DNA of 59,286 nucleotides from Catajapyx aquilonaris. Lineage: Eukaryota. Positions 51,499 through 59,286 of the stretch are shown piece by piece. The DNA lies in contig JYFJ02002321.1 of NCBI GenBank assembly GCA_000934665.2, forward strand, positions 1-59,286, read 5' to 3'. The notes under the pieces are model-generated. The model saw only the letters and a list, made by a program, of their open reading frames with translations, ran no database searches and was not told where the DNA came from. Within the stretch, counting starts at the first letter, position 1, and every line of letters begins with the position of its first letter. A program made the position numbers and the translations under genes.

Positions 51499-53179
51499 TT
51501 ACTTGAGCTTTGTTGGATCAAAGATTTTGTTCACAGGCACACACAGCTTCTTCTTGAGGGTTGAGAATGAGTTACACATTTGTTTTTCCCCCGTTGCATT
51601 CTCATACTCGATGGCCACTTTACGTTTCACCACCGTCATCAGCTTCTGATAGTCACTTCCATTTGGAGCTTCACCAAACACACGACAGAAGGTCTGCACA
51701 AAAATTGAGCCAGTGTTTGGATCCCTGTAGGACACACAGTTATATGTGGTGGAGTGTGCTACGTGCACATCTGGTTGAGTCAGGCGACCAACCACGTCGT
51801 GTGAGATGTCAGGCGCAGGATTCTTCCTGAAGTGAGGAGTATAATGTGAGAACTGCTCATACCTCAAGTGCAGGTTATGACATTCATATTGAACAATGAG
51901 AAGTGGTTCAACTATATTTAACACAATTTCTCAACAGAATTGCTGAGCAGATGAATCATGTATTTTGAATGCACGGCCCTTACCTTGTGTCCTGAGAGTT
52001 GCCATGAGGAGCTGATGATGTACTGTCACCCTGCATGCTTCCATTGTTTGCGGTGAAAGAAACAGGCTGACCCTGATCATGTTGTTCACCACGACATGCC
52101 TGAAATTTTGTAGTGCATAAGTAATGCAACGTGGATCACTTTATGAAGTCCTGTAATCAAACTGTCATTTCAGCCTGCGGACATACACACCTGAAGAATA
52201 AAAAGTTTTGGAGTCCCTGCCAGAGTTGGACATAAGTTGTCAGCGAAGGGAGCCCACAGCTCTTGTGGGTTGTATGGATGGTCCCAAGCCTGCAGCTTAT
52301 CTTCCATGCCATGAGTCAGGACCACAACCACCAACAGGTCATAGGAAGAGTGCTCCTTGGTTGTCACAGCAACTAGATCAAGAGGTCATCATTATGAAAG
52401 TGTACTGTTATGGCTGCTTTACTTTGATTTCGGACCCTTTGTGAGTTCCTACCATGTGATTTGTCCCTGGTGGAAAGCCACTCTAAAAGTTTCTGAACTC
52501 ACCAGTCCTCAGCTCATTCTTAATGCTTGCATAGGTTCTGTCTCTTAGGCGATCATTGACAGATAGACCCATGCGTTGAAACAGATTCTTGAGAGCTGCC
52601 ACATCCTGTTCAGTTCCATGACGTACTTTTAACTCTGGGTTTGGATGATATTTGAAAGTGAAGTTGAAGATGAGTGCTTTTCCCCTCCTCTTGGACCATG
52701 GCTGAAGATCTCTCATCGAGTAAGCTGAGGGTTCACTCATAATGGACTGAAGGACTGGGTCATTGCGTAATTCTTCATCCAGTTCATCTTCCGACACATC
52801 TCCTAGTAGAAATTATAAGCAGGGTATGCAGTAAAGTCAACATCTGACACTTCATATATGTTATTTCATGGTATTTGCCAGCATTATGTAGGAGCATGGT
52901 TTTCGCATGCTTTTATTGCTAGTCACCACCTTCGAAGCAGGTCAATCTTCTTAATGACCGGCGAAATGAAGAGGTTCGTGAAAATGAGCTTTCCATCTGT
53001 ACGCCTCTTCCTGTAAAGTTCAATTACAGAACACTCATATTGGGGCATGTGGTGGGATGGATGGATGGATTGGACTTAGTGATCTAAGAAGTGTATTAAG
53101 GGCTATAGTGCAATAGTTATAACTAACATCATATGCAGAAAAATATTGCAGTGATTGAGTCGGTACCTGTAATTTTCAT
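51499..53179 (-). CDS. Short-prodomain caspase C, catalytic dyad intact, predicted 339 aa
   Basis: Exons 53179-53167, 53010-52930, 52802-52503, 52372-52191, 52099-51984, 51826-51499 join in frame. Motifs RRGKALIFN..RHGTEQD, VLTHG, LAGTPKLFILQ|ACRG, SYRDPNTGSIFVQ, KQMC..STLKKKL. Confidence 0.9.
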
Positions 53180-54408
53180 CTGTATTGGCCACCAATTATC
53201 TTGATGCCTGGAGCACAGAATAAGTAGTGTTGTTGGGCCGAGTTCATAAGACTAACTAACCTAAGTATACAGATAGCAATGGTCAAAGTGTGGAGGTTTA
53301 TGAAGATTAGATATGAGTTTCATTGAAAAAAAACATTTGATTGTGAAATCATAAGGTGATTCACTGGCATTGAACTGATAAAAATTGATAAATGATTCAT
53401 TTCCGCAGTATGTGGGTTGCAGTCCTGTTAGGTGTGACCACACATAGTGCTTCCGACAATAAATAATGCAGTGTCTGGGTTGAGAAAATGTTAATAGAAT
53501 ACATTCCAATAAAATGCATGAGATCGTTCACAGCAGCGTATGTTTTAACTAAGCAGCCTTTTTGAGTTGTGCATGGATTGACTTGGTATTGTTACAGCTT
53601 CGCCTGCTTTGATGAATCAGGCAACATCTCTGCAAATGGCGACTTGAACACCGGATGGTTTCACCTGAATGCTACAATGTTCCTACATGAGCCAACTCCT
53701 GGCCTCCTCCACCACCTGCCAATGACCCAGGATCAAGGATGCACATGAGATGGTATGTAATGCAAGATGTGGCCAATTTCTTGGTATTTTATGTCATCTG
53801 ACAAAGATGGTGCTACTAGCTAAAATCTCCATTCCTTGCATACCAAAGCCGCTCTTGTGCTTCGTCAAGACCAAATGCCATTGGTCTGGACCTGCACGAA
53901 TAGTTTGTATTGTTGCAAGGGGATGAACTGCATTTGTTGTGTCCGCCATTTACATTGACATTTCTAGTTCATGCAGCAAAGCTGGCGCATGACACATCCC
54001 CATTGCCAGGTCTCTCTCTCCCATATGATGCCCACAGATCGGTGTACTTGCACACCTATGTTTGGAATTGTTGAATTGCAGTTGAAAATGCCCTCCTTGG
54101 AATGCCCCGAACAAACGCTTCCCATATTTTTCCAATTTTCTACTTCTTCGAGATTCACGACACTTGCATCACCACACACTGAAACGTGTTTTATATCATT
54201 TCATACAAAATCATAAAATTCAGAATTTATGCGGAAAAAAATTTCATGCGAAAGAAATTTTATGCGAAAGATGGATATTTTCATGCCACAGGAATTTTTA
54301 TACCAGGGAAATTTTTATACCACGATTTTTTTTACATATCACATGAAAAGAAATCATAACAGGATTTTTTTTTGTTTTTGCCACACGAATATTTTTTAAG
54401 AATATTTT

Positions 54409-54665
54409 GAGGGAAAAGGGAAAATATTAGAACAAAAAATATTGATGGGTAAATCGTAAAAATTCTCTGGGATAACATTTTTTCCAAATTCGAAAGAAAT
54501 TTCATGCGAAAGAAATTTCTTTCGAATGATATTTCTTACGAATGATATTTTTTTCGCATGAATTTTTCATCGCATTAAATTTATACCATGAAAAAATGTT
54601 ATCCCAGAGAATTTTTACGATTCACCCATCAATATCTTTTGTTCTAATATTTTTCCTTTTCCCTC
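54409..54665. repeat. AT-rich foldback inverted repeat within a larger repetitive element (~54230-54790)
   Basis: gagggaaaagggaaaatattagaacaaaa..atcgtaaaaattctctgggataacattttt mirrored at 54590-54665. Confidence 0.75.
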
Positions 54666-54983
54666 CCCATGATGTAGGCCTATGGAATTTTTAATGAATG
54701 GGCATAAATTTTGAGGGAAAAAAACGATATAACATGTGCAAAAATAATTCCGGGGAGTAGCCTGAAAATTAGTATGAATTTGCATATTACCCAAGCAGGT
54801 AGACCTACAGAGAAGAGATGGTTTAGTAGACAGTAGAGGCATCCCTCGTATGTGAAAGGTGATAGTTGGTCCTGATATTGTGTATGCTGTGCACATGGGC
54901 AACACTAGTCAGAAACAGGATAGTGCTGGCTAGAGCATGTGCCTGTCCCCATTACTCCAGGAGACAGGTGAACAGACGACATA

Positions 54984-55240
54984 TCGAGGGTGATAGATCA
55001 GAAGGGCGTATGAGCCTGTAAGGGAATTTTACATGAGAGGGAAAAAAGTTTCATTATTTCAATATTCATTATAATTTTGCAACTTTTTTGTGCAGCACAC
55101 ATCTTATCTGCATTGAAACGTGTGTTTGCTGCACAAAAAAGTTGCAAAATTATAATGAATATTGAAATAATGAAACTTTTTTCTCTCTCATGTAAAATTC
55201 CTTTACAGGCTCATACGCCCTTCTGATCTATCACCCTCGA
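54984..55240. mobile_element. Mariner-like palindromic MITE, ~115-bp near-perfect arms
   Basis: TA|TCGAGGGTGATAGATCAGAAGGGCGTATGAGCCTGTAA ... TTACAGGCTCATACGCCCTTCTGATCTATCACCCTCGA|TA. Confidence 0.85.
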
Positions 55241-56391
55241 TATTGCAAACCTGGATAAAGGATGAAGTGTGGGCAGTGGTACCATAGTGTAAGCGGCTGG
55301 TGAAGGCGTGTAGTTCAGACATAAGGCTAGAGCAATTGATTTGGATCTTGGCATTGCTTTCACACTCGCATGCCAATAATGCATCTTCGCTGTACCAGTC
55401 ACTTACAGGTTATGGTACCACAGAGCCACGTGCACATTTGCAGTAGACAACTGTCTGCACTTCATTTGTTGCCCTGGTTTGCAGTATATGCCTATTTGCC
55501 ATTATCTCTCCTGCAGTAATCAAGATGGGCATGCTCTAGCCAGGACGTGCCTGTTTCCGGCCAGTGGATGCAACATGCATGATTATGGCCAATCATCACA
55601 TCACAATAGGTGGATGCCTCAACCAGTTTTTTTAATGACCTGTAAGTCCATCAGCTTCGAATATGCAGATATGCAACACTTATTTTCATATTACCCAAAG
55701 GAGCAGGGGGCTCCTACGGTATCATTACATGTGGTGATGCACATTTTAGAAAATAATTTAAGACTTTGGCCTGCTTTGGCCAGTACAGCCAAAATTGCAA
55801 TGTTTAACATCAAATATCTTCCTGACTTTAAAATTCTTTACCGCACTCAATGAAGTTTTAAAATAGGTTTGCAATGGCACAAAGATTTCCTGCACTGCAG
55901 CCAGAAATCGATGAATGAAGCGTATCAATAATGATAATAATATTAATATTTTGATGCAAGGCCACCTCTTACTGATCTCTACATACTATCATAAAGCATG
56001 CATTATAAAATATATTGTGACATTCAAATAATTGCGCATGGTGTATTTGTGCGGAGTTTGAAACAGTTGCTTGACCTTGATGTTTTAATGCTGTGTTTCT
56101 TCAATTAAACTGACTGTTCAATTAAACAATTAAACTTTATGTTCCACAACAGCACAGCAAGATAGCAGCATGCTATCTGCAAAACCGTTAGAGTCGACTT
56201 TCCCACTCTAGAGCACTGGAAACTCGACTCCAACGGTTTTGCAGATACGGCTTTTTTCCGTGGGACTTGCCCGGTTCACCGGCAATTAAATTAGCTTGTT
56301 TAGATGGCGACATGGGCGGCATTCTTAAACTAATTAACGGACTGGCCGTGCTATGAAACATAGTTGGATACACGGAACAAAATATCTAAAC

Positions 56392-56488
56392 CAAGGGGTT
56401 ATTAACCACTCCACTGTGTCAAATGTACACTGGAGTACCAGGATCCACTGCAGGTGTATGCCTGAGTACTGAAGTGGTTAACCCCTTG
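56392..56488. mobile_element. 97-bp MITE with 8-bp target-site duplication (P- or hAT-superfamily)
   Basis: CAAGGGGTTA...TAACCCCTTG termini flanked by an exact ATCTAAAC direct repeat (56384-56391, 56489-56496). Confidence 0.85.
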
Positions 56489-58207
56489 ATCTAAACCTTG
56501 AAAGACACTAGAAAATTTGGTTCACTCATTGTCCAAAAGCTCAAAATTTGTACATATATTTATTTATCACGCCTACTTAAGCCACTTCCTGGGTACGGAG
56601 AGCGCTCAAATTTCGCAGAGCCATGTCTTACATATCACTGACCCCTAGAAAAGTCCCAAACCCGAACTTTAAAAAATAAAAAAATAAACCTATTGTTTCA
56701 ACTTGACCCCATTCTGCAAAAAAAAATAATAAATCACCCTCTAATATAATTAGCCAGCATAAACTAGACGTGGCTGTGTCCCAGAGACTGTCTTTTTCCC
56801 CCATGTTTGAGTATTAATTCACATCCATGTGTTTCATGTTATGTTAAAAAGTTACCCATTGGGCCTAAAATTCTTACATTTTTTTCTCCATTCTATGGGC
56901 TACATGGGCATGTTATCACGAGGCTAATTGAGAGGTGCTTATGAAGGAGATGTAACAAGATTTGACCACTTTGTTTTGAAATTCCAACACTTGTTTGTCA
57001 GGGTGACATTCTGAGATGTAATATGGAAACGGGGTGGAGTTTGGTCATAGTATTTTTTGTACAGGTACACCCGCGAGCATAAAGATGGAGACGGCAGGTC
57101 CTCACCTTCGGCAGGCTGCTCTACCAATTGCAGCTATTACGGTATCAAATATACGGTCATAAATACATGAACACACGCCTGATGCAGCAAACTCGGTCCA
57201 AAAAGAGTTCATTAACTTGAGTCGGATAAAGAAAGGTGAAAAAAGGGCCTGCCGTCGCCATCATTATGCTCGCCATGAACTAACTGGGAATCTGGGATCA
57301 ACCATAAAGTGCATTTCGTATTTTTTGCTGTTGGGCCCTTTCTCGTCATGCCTGTTCAATTTCCAAATGTAATTATACGTAGGACTGTCTTTTGGCTGAT
57401 CACCTGCAATGAAATGGTTGAACCATGATTGCAGAGCAATGTGTCACTTGCTTGTGACAATTGCTTAAGATTGGATATTGTAATTTAACCATTATTTATG
57501 CAGCCAGAGACTGGTACTGATTGAAAAATAATAATGCCTTTCAACAGTGTAGTCGACAGGTTTACATTCATTTACATGTGAGGGATTTGATTAACAATGT
57601 TGCAGTGATCACATCGTTGAGAGAAAGTAACAATCATGGTATAACAATCTGTTTGGGACCCAAACAATATATTGGTCTCACAGGATCTATGGGATCAGTA
57701 ATTCCATTGGTGCAATCAGACACGAGTGAAAGAGACCAAGATTAATTTATTTTATACCGTATTACCTCACATAAAGCGGCATGCCGGTATAAAACGAGGT
57801 CGACCAGCATGCCGCAATAACCGACGTGGATTTCCGTGATTTTGATCCTTGCCAATTTTTTAGGAATGCTTCTGGCACCATACTAAATAATGTTACAATG
57901 AAAATGGGTGAGTGTACAGGCTGTGAGAATATGTCAGTTCTGTTGCACAGTGCATTTAAAAAATGTAGAGTGAATGACCAATCCCATCGTCAGCCTGCTC
58001 TAGCATACTGTTTAAATATAGATTATTGCCAAACACTGCAATTGAAAACAACAATATGGTATGGGTACCCTATTTGGAAAATGCGCCTTTTCGATAGCCT
58101 TTCCGTGAATTTCGATTTTCAGGCAAATGTAAGTTCAGAAATCCAATGATCACATTTTATTGTATGGTACGTAGTTAATGACATTTTCCAGCATTATGGG
58201 TATAGTA

Positions 58208-58847
58208 CAGTAAAACTTCTATAAGTCGAATCTCCATGGGACCGGGAAAAAACTTCGAGTTATAGAAGATTCGAGATAGAGAAGTTTGGGTTTTTTTGAG
58301 CACCTAACTCTATAAGGAAGCCTATACTTTTATATCCAGCTACAAAAGGTGTTCAAAACTTAAAAATAACTGTCACTATCACACTTACAATGTTCCTCAC
58401 TGTTTTGTTGTGAAAAAATGTACTTTATGGACATTTGCCTACTCTTAGATTCAAGGATTCAATTGTTACAATCGAGTCAAACACTTCTTTCGGTATGTCT
58501 GGTAGACGGAGATCAGGAAATTGAGCCTTTCTGTACATGTGGCCTACTCTGTACCCTTCGGCTGGGAAATGAGACAATTTTCCGTACTCGCCAACATGAA
58601 CTTGGACTTAGGGAGACTGAATACGCATTGATATCCCATCGTAAAGGGCCTTACAATGGGATATCAATGCATTTTCAGCAGTTCAGCATTAATTTTTCAG
58701 TGCCTGCACTTCGATCAGTTATGGAGAAATTCGAGCTAGGGAAGTTTATTTCCAATTATTTTACATTGTGACCAACCAAGCTCATCATTTTCTTCGACTT
58801 GTAGAGATCTTCGACTTAGGGAAGTTCGACTTATAGAAGTTTTACTG
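58208..58847. mobile_element. Tigger/pogo-like non-autonomous element
   Basis: Perfect 23-bp TIR CAGTAAAACTTCTATAAGTCGAA / TTCGACTTATAGAAGTTTTACTG with TA flanks; subterminal ttcgaSttat repeats. Confidence 0.9.
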
Positions 58848-59074
58848 TATTTCCTCCACCTGTTAAAGCCCGTTTCCACCAGCATAATTTTTGTACTGGA
58901 CAAAATGCAAGCTAGAACAATTGTTTTTGTTGCTAGGGATTAATATTGAAGAAACCAAGTAATAATAATAATAACGTTGGTTTGATTTTGTAATCCATTT
59001 TTGGGCTCGAAAATAAATTATGGCGGTGGAAACGGCCTTAACAGGCCTGGGCAAAGGTGAACCGCATTTTTTAA

Positions 59075-59131
<57 letters not shown>

Positions 59132-59228
59132 TATTATTATTATTATTATTATTATAAATTAATAAATAATTATTATTATTATTATTATTATAAATTAATA
59201 AATAATAATAATAATAATAATAATAATA

Positions 59229-59270
<42 letters not shown>
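59075..59270. repeat. (TAA)n/(TTA)n microsatellite with orientation switches
   Basis: Alternating blocks of taataa and tattat. Confidence 0.95.
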
Positions 59271-59286
59271 TTCCTCCCTGCCTCCA

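Overview
Eukaryotic, intron-containing genomic DNA, most consistent with an arthropod/pancrustacean (divergent ionotropic receptor, ZAD-type zinc finger, many 53-70 nt GT-AG introns); the species cannot be determined from sequence alone. From left to right: a nested Harbinger/MITE stack; an intronless ionotropic receptor; a ZAD-C2H2 gene; a ~22 kb tandem array (10.9-32.6 kb); a truncated fibrinogen-related gene; an intact copine; NDUFA6; a three-gene caspase cluster; and a MITE-rich tail. The array holds seven copies of one promoter plus acidic, SUMO-motif-rich phase-0 exon cassette, and the copies end in different C-terminal payloads: C2H2 arrays (three), a basic coiled coil, a Gag-like fragment, a PLDLS-ending mini-exon and, by predicted splicing, a catalytically dead pogo transposase. 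In the caspase cluster the middle gene is an open-reading pseudo-caspase lacking both catalytic residues but keeping two DxVD/G sites. All gene models are hand-spliced from GT-AG signals and frame continuity; no database searches or expression data were available.
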